Notes: generated from the letters alone by a model not told the origin. Counted from the stretch's first letter, positions 38,811-49,736 are shown. The stretch: DNA of 64,000 bases from Spirochaetia bacterium (GCA_963677925.2 CAXXYH010000003.1:928001-992000); one strand, 5' to 3'. A program made the numbers and translations.

Positions 38811-39509
38811 TCAGATGTTTTTAAGATACCAGACGCCGGTATATTCCCTGATAACTGAGAGCTTCCTATCCATGATATCGCGGCCCATATTCTCACCGAA
38901 GAAGAATCCGCAGATCCTTGCAGCATCGCCAATGCTTTTAAATTTATAGTCGGTTCTTAGCTCATTTCGTTCGAAACCTGCTTCATTCTCAAGAAAGGCG
39001 TGAAAATCACTAAGCGCCTTATTTGCTATACCGGCTTTTTCTACATGAGTACCCAGAGATTCAACAATCAGAATATCTCCACCCGGTTTAACAATCTCTT
39101 TAATCCTGTTAACCATCTGTCCGCAGACATCGGGAATTGTTTCTTCGTACTCATCGGCAGTATGTCCAAGGCTCCAGCCTTCAATAAAAATATCTGCTTT
39201 TACAGCCGGTACAGGCAGATCCAGGTTTTCAGCTTGACCCAGCATAATTTTATCCATGAATGAAGCAAGATTACTGCGGCATTTTTCAAGCATATGCATT
39301 TCCCTGTCATATCCCGAACAGGAAGCTGCCGACTCAATATAGTATTTTGTCATACGGCCTGTTCCGATTCCGGCCTCATAGACATTTTTGCCGCTCCAGT
39401 TTATTTTACTACGGAGAAAGGATCCAAGATTATCCTGATAATCCTCGGCGCTTACAAGCTCATCATATTCTGCAGAGTGATTTTTATAAATTTCAAACAT
39501 AGTGGGCAT
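38811..39509 (-). CDS. Class I SAM-dependent methyltransferase
   Basis: VYEAGIGTGR motif I, GYD motif II, VKPGG. Confidence 0.85.
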   Translation of the reverse strand: MPTMFEIYKNHSAEYDELVSAEDYQDNLGSFLRSKINWSGKNVYEAGIGTGRMTKYYIESAASCSGYDREMHMLEKCRSNLASFMDKIMLGQAENLDLPVPAVKADIFIEGWSLGHTADEYEETIPDVCGQMVNRIKEIVKPGGDILIVESLGTHVEKAGIANKALSDFHAFLENEAGFERNELRTDYKFKSIGDAARICGFFFGENMGRDIMDRKLSVIREYTGVWYLKNI

Positions 39510-39590
39510 TGAAGGTGCTCCTTATTTTTAAATTTCCGGATGAATTATAACATACTTAAAATTAGATTTTATTCGTAAAAAATATAATTT

Positions 39591-40133
39591 CTACCAGTGG
39601 TTTCTTGAAGTTATTGAAGAAAGAGGTTTCCGTTCCCTGAGGCTGTCACGTTCACTGTCTGACAGCTCCGGATACCCGACAGCAAGTAGAAGAACAATAC
39701 TCATTTTATAAGGAACAGTCAGGATTTCACCCATCTCCCGTTCATCATATGTAGTAATCACACAGCCGCCCAGTCCCTCTGCATTAGCCTGAATAAGCAT
39801 AAAAGATGCAGCAAAACTGAGATCGATTGGATGTGAAGGCTGACCGTTTGGCATTTTATAATCTACATTGGTTGTTCCAAGTGCGATAAGAACCGGAGCC
39901 TGTCCGACATGCTCCTGTCCATAGGCGGCTTTTTCAACCTGCTTGCGGACATCCTCATCAGTGATAACAATAAAACGCCAGGGCTGTCTGTTTTTTGCTG
40001 ACGGAGCTATTCTTCCTGCCTCAAGGATACTTTCAATCTTTTCTTCTTCTACGGGACGGGCAGAAAAGCTTCGTATGCTTCTGCAGTTTTCAATCTCGGG
40101 TAGCAGCTTTGATTTTAAATCTTGACGAATCAT
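39591..40133 (-). CDS. Nitroreductase family protein
   Basis: RSIRSF, APSAKNRQPWRFIV, AEGLGGC, LAVGYP. Confidence 0.9.
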   Translation of the reverse strand: MIRQDLKSKLLPEIENCRSIRSFSARPVEEEKIESILEAGRIAPSAKNRQPWRFIVITDEDVRKQVEKAAYGQEHVGQAPVLIALGTTNVDYKMPNGQPSHPIDLSFAASFMLIQANAEGLGGCVITTYDEREMGEILTVPYKMSIVLLLAVGYPELSDSERDSLRERKPLSSITSRNHW

Positions 40134-40159
40134 TGTAATTTCCCTTATTGTGAAACATA

Positions 40160-42268
40160 ATGAAAAGACTGTGCTTCTCTATAATATTATGTCTGATAAC
40201 TGCAAGCGTTTCATTCCCAGAGACTATAATAAACGATATTAACTATTTTTCCAAGCTTTTTCCCAGAATTGAGGGGTCTTCTAACGAAAAAGAAACTTTC
40301 AGCTATATAAAACAGCGTCTAAATGAAATCGGAGTCGAATATTCTGAAAGAGACTTCAGTGAATCCGAGGGCTATCACTCCTTTTCTTCAGCGGTAGAAG
40401 CTGATATTACAGGTGAGTCAGAGAACATTCTGGTAATCGCAGTACCGGTAGATACAGCCTTCGATGAATCAGAACAGAGCTCCGGAAGTTTTACAATCGC
40501 AGCTGCACTGAAAGCAGCGGATTACTTCCTCTCAAACAAACCGGCTGTTTCCATAAAAATCCTTTTTCTGGGAGCAGAGTTCGGCAGAAACCGTAATTAT
40601 CCGCTGGGCTCAAGGAACTTTCTTGACTCATTCTATCCCGAAGTCCCTGCAGCAGTTATCTATCTGAATTTGCAGAAGCCTTCCAATACCATCCGGATAA
40701 TTTCGGGTACAGACGGCTATACAACACCTTTCTGGCTGTTCAGTTCGACATCTGATGCATTGAAAACTGCAGGATTCAAAACCCTCCATTCAAAAACTCA
40801 GTCGGTTCTTTACAGACTCAAATCTTCAGGAGAGAGCAACCTTATTAAACTCTATCTGGAAGAGGAATATCCCGCTGTTGAACTTCAGGCAGAGTCAGGC
40901 CGGACAGCTGAGGAACCCGAAGAAGCCGCAGAAAAACTGCTCACATTTATAGAATCATTTACAGCCGCGGAATCTGAAGGATTTCCTGATGAATGGGACA
41001 GCCACTATGTATTCGGGTTGGGTGAAACTGCCTATATTTTTCTGCTGCTTATAATTATTGCTCTGCTGATGATCTATCCGATATTCAAGCGCAGGCATTT
41101 CGGCTGGTATATGCATACGCTTTCAAAGAATCTCTGGTCCCTGCCTATGCTCTATATTGTCACATTCAGCCTTCTGGCACTGGGGACGCTGCTTACCTCA
41201 ACCATACTGAACCTGATGTCTTTTCCTGATTTATGGGAATACAATCCCGGTTTGATTTTCATATTTAAAATATCACTTTCAATGCTGTTTTATTCACTGA
41301 TCATGCGGCTTCTTATCAAGCTGCCATTTTCCCGAAAAGGGAGCTTCTATTCGATTTCAGCAATATTCTTTCTTGTGATAAGTCTTATTGTACTAACAGT
41401 TATTGATATATCCCTATCCTATTTCAGCCTATGGGCTCTGTTTTTTATTTTCATATTTTCAGTTGTAAAAAAAACATGGATGAAAATTGTAATGCTGGTT
41501 CTTTCTGTATTTCTTCTGGCGACAGGCCTCTTAGAAATATTCAGGCTTCCCTCACTGACTGTGATAAGAATGATAACTCTGTCTCCGCTTTCCGGAAACC
41601 TGGTGCTCAGCGTTATAATTCTCCCGTTTATTCTGGCAATCATCCGCATAGACATGCTTATTTCACCGTCCAAATACGTAACCAGACTGGCACCAATACT
41701 TTTTGCCGCAGTGACAGCAGGAATCTTCATTTTTCTGATCAGCTATACACCTTTCAATGACCGGAATCCCCAGCCTGTACAGATAACAGGCCTTACAGAT
41801 GAAACTACAGGGACTCATGAGCTGTCAATCAGCAGTCCGGCACCGATTAATGAGGCAACCGCGGCTGAACTGTATGCAATGGCCGATCACGGACCTGTTC
41901 ATGAAAGTCAGATAGGCTTCGAGCTGGAATCCCGTAATTTTCTTAACCGGCGTGTAATAGAAGCGGAGATCAGCTTTGAAGATAATCCTGATGAATTAAG
42001 TATTGAAATTAATTCCGATAAGGACCTGATACTTTTTGACAGCAGCTTTCCGTCAACATATTTTCCGGGTGAGCGGCGTATAGAGATTTATACCGGTAAA
42101 AACCCTCCGGCACCGCTGGATTTCATGCTGACAATTAATGCTGCGGCTATAATTAATATTACAGTTGAGGCAAAGTACTTCACTCCTCCTGCCCTACAGC
42201 AGATTCAGGGACAGCCGCTTCTTATCAGCTCTGATCTGAGCATCATTTCCCGGTATTCCGATGATTAA
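40160..42268 (+). CDS. Membrane protein with a degenerate M28-peptidase-like N-domain and about 8-9 TM
   Basis: FPRIEGSSNEK, ILFLGAEFG; canonical Zn ligands not evident; multi-TM core. Confidence 0.65.
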   Translation: MKRLCFSIILCLITASVSFPETIINDINYFSKLFPRIEGSSNEKETFSYIKQRLNEIGVEYSERDFSESEGYHSFSSAVEADITGESENILVIAVPVDTAFDESEQSSGSFTIAAALKAADYFLSNKPAVSIKILFLGAEFGRNRNYPLGSRNFLDSFYPEVPAAVIYLNLQKPSNTIRIISGTDGYTTPFWLFSSTSDALKTAGFKTLHSKTQSVLYRLKSSGESNLIKLYLEEEYPAVELQAESGRTAEEPEEAAEKLLTFIESFTAAESEGFPDEWDSHYVFGLGETAYIFLLLIIIALLMIYPIFKRRHFGWYMHTLSKNLWSLPMLYIVTFSLLALGTLLTSTILNLMSFPDLWEYNPGLIFIFKISLSMLFYSLIMRLLIKLPFSRKGSFYSISAIFFLVISLIVLTVIDISLSYFSLWALFFIFIFSVVKKTWMKIVMLVLSVFLLATGLLEIFRLPSLTVIRMITLSPLSGNLVLSVIILPFILAIIRIDMLISPSKYVTRLAPILFAAVTAGIFIFLISYTPFNDRNPQPVQITGLTDETTGTHELSISSPAPINEATAAELYAMADHGPVHESQIGFELESRNFLNRRVIEAEISFEDNPDELSIEINSDKDLILFDSSFPSTYFPGERRIEIYTGKNPPAPLDFMLTINAAAIINITVEAKYFTPPALQQIQGQPLLISSDLSIISRYSDD

Positions 42269-43445
42269 GAAGCGTATTTTTCATGTAGATCTTGATGCCT
42301 TCTATGCTGCTGTTGAGCAGCGTGAAAATCCTGAACTTATCGGCAAGCCTGTCATCATCGGAGGCAATCCCGGTTCAAGGGGTGTAGTTTCAGCCTGCTC
42401 CTATGAAGCAAGAAAATACGGGGTGCATTCGGCAATGCCGACAGTAACAGCTTCACGGCTCTGTCCGGAGGGAGTTTTTCTGCCGGTACGTATGAAACTC
42501 TACCAGAGCGTTTCCGCTGGAATCATGAAGCTCTTTGAAGAGTTTACTCCTGATATCATGCAGATATCCATAGATGAAGCCTTTCTGGATATGACTGGAA
42601 CTCACAGACTGTTCGGCAGTGTTTATGATACAGGCATGATGATTAAAAAGAGGGTAAAAGAAGAATCGGGGCTGAATATCTCTATAGGTGCCGCTCAGAC
42701 AAGGTTTCTTGCAAAACTTGCATCCGATTACGGCAAACCAGACGGATTATGCATAGTAAAAGAAGGAGAAACCGAAGCCTTCCTCGACAGGCTTGAGCTG
42801 AAGGATATCTGGGGACTCGGTAAGAAAACCCTGGAAAAACTGTCTGATCTCAATATAAAGACAATTCCTGAACTCAGGGCTTTCAGTGAAAATGCTCTTA
42901 TGAGTATATTCGGAAAATCAGGCGGTGAATTCCTGTATAAGGCCTGCCGTGGAGTAGATCTTGACATCTACAATACGGCAGTTAAAAGCAGTTCAATCAG
43001 CAATGAGACAACCTTTGCCTCGGATGTGAGAGACAGGGAAGTCCTTGAGAAAATGCTTCTGGAGTTGTCCCATCACGTGATGTTCCGGATGATAAAGGAT
43101 AATAAAAAAAGCAAAACCCTGTGTCTGAAAGTCCGGTTCTCCGACTTCACATCAACAACAGCGCAGAAAACACTTAACCGCTATGTAACATCGGCAGAAG
43201 AGCTGTTCCAGCATTCCATTGAACTGCTTAATACAAGGTGGAACGGAACCGAGCCTGTCAGACTAATAGGTACAGGCTTCAACAGTGTAGAGAACGCTGA
43301 TTCACCTGAACAGCCGGAGCTGTTTGAGGATCCGTTTGAAAAAAAATACCGGGTTGAAAAGGCTGTTTTTTCAATAAAAACAAAGGGCAGTAAAGTCACC
43401 AAGGCCAGCCTTCTCAACTCCGAACACAAGGCAAAAAAAGAATGA
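42261..43445 (+). CDS. dinB: DNA polymerase IV
   Basis: HVDLDAFYAAVE, SYEARKYGV, SIDEAFLD, LAKLASDYGKPDG. Confidence 0.95.
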   Translation: MIKKRIFHVDLDAFYAAVEQRENPELIGKPVIIGGNPGSRGVVSACSYEARKYGVHSAMPTVTASRLCPEGVFLPVRMKLYQSVSAGIMKLFEEFTPDIMQISIDEAFLDMTGTHRLFGSVYDTGMMIKKRVKEESGLNISIGAAQTRFLAKLASDYGKPDGLCIVKEGETEAFLDRLELKDIWGLGKKTLEKLSDLNIKTIPELRAFSENALMSIFGKSGGEFLYKACRGVDLDIYNTAVKSSSISNETTFASDVRDREVLEKMLLELSHHVMFRMIKDNKKSKTLCLKVRFSDFTSTTAQKTLNRYVTSAEELFQHSIELLNTRWNGTEPVRLIGTGFNSVENADSPEQPELFEDPFEKKYRVEKAVFSIKTKGSKVTKASLLNSEHKAKKE

Positions 43446-46261
43446 AAAGTAAATTAGTTTTAATTGTGCTGATTTTATACAGTACAGCTGGTGTCCTGTC
43501 AGCATCAGCAGCGGAATTGCTTCAGCGGAATACCGAACACTTTAAATTTATTTACAAGGAATCCGAGACCGGGGCTGTTGATGAACTGCTTTTCTTTGCA
43601 GAAGACATATACGACAAGGTGGCAGGCTATTTCGGAGTGTATCCGGATAATATCAAAGTCGTTGTAACTAATGATATGGATACAGCAAACGGATATTTCA
43701 GCCCTGTGCCGCCCCAGATTACAATATTTGTCACAAGTCCCAAGAGCCCGTGGCTGGGTGCCGGAAATGAAAACTGGCTTAAATACGTATTTACACATGA
43801 ACTTACCCACTATGTTCACATAACATGGCCTGAAGGCATATATCATAATATTTCAAAGATCTTCGGACCTGCCGCTCTGTCCTGGCGAGCCGGAGGAGTA
43901 CCGGGCTGGGCACTTGAGGGGATAACCACAAATCTCGAAACAGAGTTCACTGACGGAGGAAGAGGAAGAAATCCCTTTTTTGAACTTTATTACAAGGCTC
44001 CCATTATTGAGAACAGCATGTTCAGCCTTGAGGAAGCCGGGTTCAGTTCGCCCTACCCGCCTTCAGGACGAATCTATGTCGCAGGCTACATCATCGTAAA
44101 TTACATGATGGAACACTTCGGGAAGGATGTATTCGCCAGGGTGGTCAGGAAACAGAACAAAGAGCTTATGAGTTTTGAAGATGCAGTTAAAGAGGAAACC
44201 GGAGAAAGCCTTGAGAATATATTCGCAGAGATGAAGATAGAATTGACAAGACAATATGCAGATGATCTGAAATTAAACCGTGGTAAAATCATTTCGCCCA
44301 GAAAAAACGGATACAATTACAGTTTCCCGAAACAGATTGGAGATAAATGGTACTCATACCGTTTTAATGCAGACTCAATTCCGGCAATCGTAAGTTTCAG
44401 CGAAGATCCGGACAAGCCAAAATATCCTGAAAATGAAGAAACTGTAATTGAGACATCCCTGCCCACGCGGGATTCCTACTGCATAAGCAGTGACGGGCGA
44501 TATATATACTTCGCAGCCGCACGCTCAAAGGCAGGCCTGCCCGGAATATCCGAAACGGAAACTGATCTATGCTGCTTCGACACTGAAACCGGAAAAAAAG
44601 AAATCCTGCTTAAAGATTTATCAGTTTATGATCTGGCATTATCACCAGACGGAGGCTATATAGCTGCCGCCCAGTCATACGCAAGCTACTCAAGGCTGAT
44701 TCTAATAAATACGGAAACACTCACAGTGACAAAAGTCTTTGAAGAGCCGCAGACAGCGGTTTTCACCCCTGTGTTTGCTGAAAACGGAAGAGAAATATTT
44801 TTTTCAGCGAGCCTCAGAGGCATGCAGGATCTGTACAAAACAGAACTGCTGTCCGGAAAAACCCTACCGCTTTTTGCTGCGGACCATGCCGGAGACTATA
44901 ATCCGGTAATAGGCGATGACGGCAGTGTCTACTTCTGCAGGGAGGATGACGGCAGACTGAAACTCTTCAGGTTTTCAGAAGACTCAGGGGTTCTTGAATG
45001 CATTGCAGAGGATTCAGTCGGCATACTGAAGGGAAGACCGGTTGACGGAAGCATAGTTTATGAATCTTACAGCGCCCAGGGATTCTGCGTTAAAGTAATG
45101 GATGAACCCGCATCTTCCTTTTTTACAGCCGAGATAACCAGCGGACAGATTCCCCCGGCATATAATTTCGATGTTCAGGAGACGGAACATCAGGCCGGGC
45201 AGAGCTTTCTTAATCTGCCGCTGCCTGTATTATGGCTTCCGATTGCTTCGATGTCACCGCGGCCTGCATCTATTGCCTTCGGTGCAGGTATTACGGCTGC
45301 CGGCTGTTCACTCAGCAGCAGTTACCTTGATTTTGAGTCAGCATGGAGTGCGGCGGCTGCCTTTTATCCTGAAGATCTGAGACCTGAGCTTGAACTGGTA
45401 ACTCTTTTCAAGGCCGGCCCCGGAAATGTGTATGGAAGCCTTTCTCATGAATACAGCGGTGAACTTACATCCGACTACAGCAGCCTGTATACTGAAAAAA
45501 CAGCTGTAACCGGTGCATACTTTTTGCCATTTATAGCTGAACACCAGTTCAGCCGCAGCATCTATCTCACAGCAAACTCTGCATTCAGCTATGAACTCTC
45601 CCGTTCATCCGACTCAGGCTTCGGGCCCGGAGATTCCGGCAATGGAATAACAGCTGCTGACGGTCTTACAGCAGCTGTCGGGATGTATTTTTCATATGTC
45701 AAGGATGCCTCGGCATTAAGCGGTTTAAGCCCGCTCAGGGGTGAGCTGAGTGCCGAATATCTGTTTGAGCCTTACAATATAAACGCTGATACTGAATACG
45801 CTTCACAGGCCGTTCTGGCAGGCTCTTTCCGCTTTCCCTTATTCCGGGATATTTTTCTGCTGGAAACGGAATTTTCAGGCTCATATTCAACAGCCCCCTG
45901 CTCTTTCAGTGCCGCGGCAGGGCCCTACGGTTATGCCGAAATTCCTGACGGGCCTGATGACGGCATACTTTCGGCGGGAGTAAATATTCTGGTTTCAGTA
46001 ACCGGGGGCATGTACATGTTTCTCTCAACTCAAAAAAAGGCTGATTTCTCAATTATTTCGCCATCCTTTGATATTGATGAGTATACATATTATTCATACG
46101 GTATGGGCCTGGATGCCTCAGCTTTAAGCATTAAGGCAGGGCTGACAGTTCCGGCTTTAGAGGAATATTATCTGTTTGAACCTGAGCAAGGATCCATGTT
46201 CATTAAGCTGAACATGGACGGAGCATTTCTTTTTCAGGGACTGCAGCTTATCCTGGATTAA
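43442..46261 (+). CDS. Secreted/outer-membrane protein: gluzincin-like HExxH domain + TolB-like propeller + beta-rich C-terminus
   Basis: Signal peptide; FTHELTH...EG; SSDGRYIYF and SPDGGYIA repeats; amphipathic beta strands C-terminally. Confidence 0.7.
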   Translation: MKSKLVLIVLILYSTAGVLSASAAELLQRNTEHFKFIYKESETGAVDELLFFAEDIYDKVAGYFGVYPDNIKVVVTNDMDTANGYFSPVPPQITIFVTSPKSPWLGAGNENWLKYVFTHELTHYVHITWPEGIYHNISKIFGPAALSWRAGGVPGWALEGITTNLETEFTDGGRGRNPFFELYYKAPIIENSMFSLEEAGFSSPYPPSGRIYVAGYIIVNYMMEHFGKDVFARVVRKQNKELMSFEDAVKEETGESLENIFAEMKIELTRQYADDLKLNRGKIISPRKNGYNYSFPKQIGDKWYSYRFNADSIPAIVSFSEDPDKPKYPENEETVIETSLPTRDSYCISSDGRYIYFAAARSKAGLPGISETETDLCCFDTETGKKEILLKDLSVYDLALSPDGGYIAAAQSYASYSRLILINTETLTVTKVFEEPQTAVFTPVFAENGREIFFSASLRGMQDLYKTELLSGKTLPLFAADHAGDYNPVIGDDGSVYFCREDDGRLKLFRFSEDSGVLECIAEDSVGILKGRPVDGSIVYESYSAQGFCVKVMDEPASSFFTAEITSGQIPPAYNFDVQETEHQAGQSFLNLPLPVLWLPIASMSPRPASIAFGAGITAAGCSLSSSYLDFESAWSAAAAFYPEDLRPELELVTLFKAGPGNVYGSLSHEYSGELTSDYSSLYTEKTAVTGAYFLPFIAEHQFSRSIYLTANSAFSYELSRSSDSGFGPGDSGNGITAADGLTAAVGMYFSYVKDASALSGLSPLRGELSAEYLFEPYNINADTEYASQAVLAGSFRFPLFRDIFLLETEFSGSYSTAPCSFSAAAGPYGYAEIPDGPDDGILSAGVNILVSVTGGMYMFLSTQKKADFSIISPSFDIDEYTYYSYGMGLDASALSIKAGLTVPALEEYYLFEPEQGSMFIKLNMDGAFLFQGLQLILD

Positions 46262-46280
46262 CTGATAAAGAACACTGTCT

Positions 46281-48158
46281 TTACTTCAGGTGCTCACCAA
46301 GGGGCTCAGGAACCATGTAGTACCGGTTGGACATATTCCAGAGTGTCCAGCCTGAAGAATCCGCCTCACGGCAGGCCTCCAGCTGAATCAGAAGATAACG
46401 GTAGTATTCTTCCTCTTCCATATAGTACTCGGAGGGAAGCAGGAATGCCTGAACATAGGGCCGGATAAGGCTTCTGCCTTCAGTAATTTCCGCAGCTCTC
46501 AGGGTGCCCTCATTATAAATCTTCCCGGCCCGTTCGATGTAGGGAACGTCCCTCATGAAACTCCGGGGGAAATGGGACGGATAGTACATAGGACATATTA
46601 CATCAACGTAGTCTGCCAGCATCTCAATATTCTGCCCGATCCAGTTGCCCATACGGTAGTAAGTATTGAAACCGTAGAGATCGGTACTGATAGGTACGTG
46701 AATGCGTTCCCTGATCAGCCTGAAAAAGGATTCGAGTGCATTTATGCGGGTCATCCCCGGGCGGATAGCGTTAAACTTGATTCTTGATGTATTGCCGTCG
46801 GAGGGAAAGCGGATATAGTCAAACTGTATTTCATCAACACCGCGTTCCTGCAGCTCCTCTGCAATATCGGCATTATACTTCCAGACAGCAGGGTTAAATG
46901 GGTCTACCCAGTACTCACGCTGCTCATAACTGACCTCTCCGGTATCATCATCAACATTCTTAATCAGATACCGCCAGGGCTCATCACTGTATTTGTCCCA
47001 TAGGGCATACTTGTGATTTGAATAATTAAACAGCTGCTGATCTTTGAATACAACAATGCGGCCTATAACGTAGAAGCCGCGTTCATGAGCCCGGCTGATA
47101 AGATAATCCAGATCGGTCCGTTTTTTTACAGCTCCGATGGACAGCGGAAACTCAAGCCTGGAATCATAGGTAAGGTAGCCGAAGTCATCCTTTATATCAA
47201 TAACAATTGAATCAAGGCCGTTTCTTTCCATGAAATCCAGATGATTTTCAAGTCTCTGGCCTGTTGTATGCCCCGGGCCTATATACAGACCTGTGTGATC
47301 AGCCGCAGCATCCAGGCGTGCCGATCTTGCAGGTCCTGCCGGCTCCCTGTAAAAAGCATCCGGAAAAATATCGCTCCATGTATCATCTGCCGTAAAATAT
47401 TCAGCCTGCTCAAGTCCAAAATCTACCCTTATACATCCGGTACTAATAAAATAGGCGTTCTGCATGCTTTTATTTTCTGTAAAACCTGCGATCGGGCTCC
47501 ATATTTTCCGGGAACTATCACTTTTATAAAGACCGTTTCCGAAGGAATACGCAACATACAACGCTCCGTTTTCATCTGGAGCATAAAAAGCGGATGCTAT
47601 TTCTTCGTTGAAGCCGGCTCCGCGGTAGATAATTTCCTTTTCAGCAATTTCCTTCCAGGTTTTTCCTGAATCAACAGTCTCAAATATGCCGCTGAATGAG
47701 GTGGAAATGAGAATTCTATTATGATCTTCCGAATTGAGGGAAACTGATGTTAAATAATTGGAACGGGCTATGGGCTCTCCAAGAGGGACTGCCTTCCAGG
47801 ATTTGCCGCGATCGCTGCTTATATACAATCCGTAGGCAGTTGTACATGCAACACGGCTGTCGTCAGCGGGGTCATAAGATATTGAAGTTAGAGTTTCAAT
47901 CTCATCGTGGTCAAACGGATAGACGATCTTCGCCGGCAGCCCGTCATTGCGCCTTTCCCATTTATTACCGCCGTCTGTCGAGAGCATAAATCCGTAATCT
48001 GGTGCTGATGCATAAAGCGCACCGCCGGGAGTCTCAATAACCATCGAAGGTTTGATAAAACGGTTTTCAATTAAATCACTGCTGAAAGCTGCCGAAACAG
48101 TAATGAGTGATAGAATAATCAGATGTACAAAATAAAATATCCTGTTTTTTAATAGCAC
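46281..48158 (-). CDS. Putative glycoside hydrolase (DUF4015 family) with N-terminal BNR/Asp-box repeats
   Basis: S.D.G.(T/S/K)W repeats; VIDIKDDFG, IGRIVVFKD, WVDP, DEIQFDYIRFP, PMYYPSHF. Confidence 0.85.
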   Translation of the reverse strand: MLLKNRIFYFVHLIILSLITVSAAFSSDLIENRFIKPSMVIETPGGALYASAPDYGFMLSTDGGNKWERRNDGLPAKIVYPFDHDEIETLTSISYDPADDSRVACTTAYGLYISSDRGKSWKAVPLGEPIARSNYLTSVSLNSEDHNRILISTSFSGIFETVDSGKTWKEIAEKEIIYRGAGFNEEIASAFYAPDENGALYVAYSFGNGLYKSDSSRKIWSPIAGFTENKSMQNAYFISTGCIRVDFGLEQAEYFTADDTWSDIFPDAFYREPAGPARSARLDAAADHTGLYIGPGHTTGQRLENHLDFMERNGLDSIVIDIKDDFGYLTYDSRLEFPLSIGAVKKRTDLDYLISRAHERGFYVIGRIVVFKDQQLFNYSNHKYALWDKYSDEPWRYLIKNVDDDTGEVSYEQREYWVDPFNPAVWKYNADIAEELQERGVDEIQFDYIRFPSDGNTSRIKFNAIRPGMTRINALESFFRLIRERIHVPISTDLYGFNTYYRMGNWIGQNIEMLADYVDVICPMYYPSHFPRSFMRDVPYIERAGKIYNEGTLRAAEITEGRSLIRPYVQAFLLPSEYYMEEEEYYRYLLIQLEACREADSSGWTLWNMSNRYYMVPEPLGEHLK

Positions 48159-48276
48159 AGTAAAACTCTCATAATCAGGTTTGATAGGACGCCCCTATTC
48201 TTTCAGAAATCATGCTGTATTGCAAGACTAAACTTTGCTTTCAATTCCGGGAATTATACTGTAAAATTGGCTGGTT

Positions 48277-48666
48277 ATGAGTAAAGAATATACAGAAGAT
48301 TTATTAATTGATTTCGGACCGGACGGAGAAACGCTGATTCCGGTAGTTACCCAGGATGTAAATACCAAAGAGGTTTTAATACTTGCATTCGCGAATAAGA
48401 CTGCTTTTGATGAAACAATTAAAAGCGGTTATGCCACCTACTGGAGCCGAAGCAGGAAGGAACTCTGGAAAAAGGGAATGACAAGCGGTGACATGCTCAA
48501 AATAGAAGAAATAAGGATCAACTGCGAGCAGAATTCCCTTGTCTATATGGTTGTTCCTCAGGGTAAAGGTGCCTGTCACGCCAAAAAAGAGGACGGCGGA
48601 CCCCACACATCCTGCTATTACCGTAAAATTACACCTGATATGAAGCTGGAGTTTGTTGAAAAATGA
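48277..48666 (+). CDS. hisI: Phosphoribosyl-AMP cyclohydrolase (variant motif)
   Basis: LIPVVTQD, YWSRSRKELWKKGMTSG, C...GACH...SC; NCEQN in place of DCDxD. Confidence 0.85.
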   Translation: MSKEYTEDLLIDFGPDGETLIPVVTQDVNTKEVLILAFANKTAFDETIKSGYATYWSRSRKELWKKGMTSGDMLKIEEIRINCEQNSLVYMVVPQGKGACHAKKEDGGPHTSCYYRKITPDMKLEFVEK

Positions 48667-49712
48667 GTGATAACCAACTTATTATCGGAATGCCCGCCGG
48701 CTCTCTTGCAAATCCGGGACGCGGAGGAAACCTTATTAATCTGCTTGAAGAAGCAGGCTTTAAAACTAAAGGATATGAATCCGGAGGGCCCACAAGCTTT
48801 CAGACGGTAAATTACTTTTTCGGATGGGACGGCCGTCCTCAGGAATTCGGTGCCCAGATGATGCTCAATGAACTGGATGTTGCCATAGCCGGTGATGACT
48901 GGATTCATGAACGCGAAGCCGAGCTTTCAATTGAATATGGAAAAACCCTTGATGCCGAAAAGGTTCTGTCACTTAAAAGAGGCGGCGTCAGAATTGTAGG
49001 TATAGCAAACGGAGATGACCCCGCAGATAACATTAAGGATCTGCTGAAGCGCCTGTGCTCAGAAAAAAAACTGATAAATGTAGTTTCGGAAATGCCATAT
49101 CTTGCAGTTGAATGGCTTCATAAGAACCTGAAAGAGATTGGAGAGTATGACCGTTTCAGCAAATGGTCGGTACAAAAATATAAAACCCCTCCAAAAAATG
49201 ACAGCGGTATTGTTGTCTATGAAACCTGGGGCAAGACGGAAGCCAAGGTTAAAAACGGAGGCGCTGATCTTGGTATTGAGATAACCCAGTCCGGAAGCGC
49301 ACTAAGAAGCTACGGACTGAAGATCATCGATGAAATAATGACCAGTGAAACCGGTATCTGGATTAACAAATCAGTGAAAGAGGATCCGGAGAAAACAGAG
49401 CTTCTCAGGATGTTTCTGCTAAACCTTTACGGTTCAATAAACGCTGAGAACAAGGTACTTCTTGTTTTCAATGTCCCTTCAGCCTCAGAGGCTGCAGTTA
49501 CCAAATACCTTTCACAGAATAATCTTTTTGCCGATGAGCCTACAATAAACGAGGGAAAAACATTCGCACAGTATTCAATTCAGATTGAAACAAACAATTC
49601 TGATGTACCGCTGGCAAAGATTAGATATGAGCTTGCAAAGCTCGGAGCAAGAAGTATCGATACACTTCCGGTGCTGTCATCGATTCCGGATCCGGAAGTG
49701 CTGGGGTTCTGA
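48663..49712 (+). CDS. hisG: ATP phosphoribosyltransferase, divergent long form
   Basis: RPQE, LDVAIAGDDW, WGKTEAK, EITQSGSAL..YGLKII, C-terminal regulatory domain; ATGA overlap with hisI. Confidence 0.75.
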   Translation: MSDNQLIIGMPAGSLANPGRGGNLINLLEEAGFKTKGYESGGPTSFQTVNYFFGWDGRPQEFGAQMMLNELDVAIAGDDWIHEREAELSIEYGKTLDAEKVLSLKRGGVRIVGIANGDDPADNIKDLLKRLCSEKKLINVVSEMPYLAVEWLHKNLKEIGEYDRFSKWSVQKYKTPPKNDSGIVVYETWGKTEAKVKNGGADLGIEITQSGSALRSYGLKIIDEIMTSETGIWINKSVKEDPEKTELLRMFLLNLYGSINAENKVLLVFNVPSASEAAVTKYLSQNNLFADEPTINEGKTFAQYSIQIETNNSDVPLAKIRYELAKLGARSIDTLPVLSSIPDPEVLGF

Positions 49713-49736
49713 TTAACTGAAGAAATTAACAAAATT

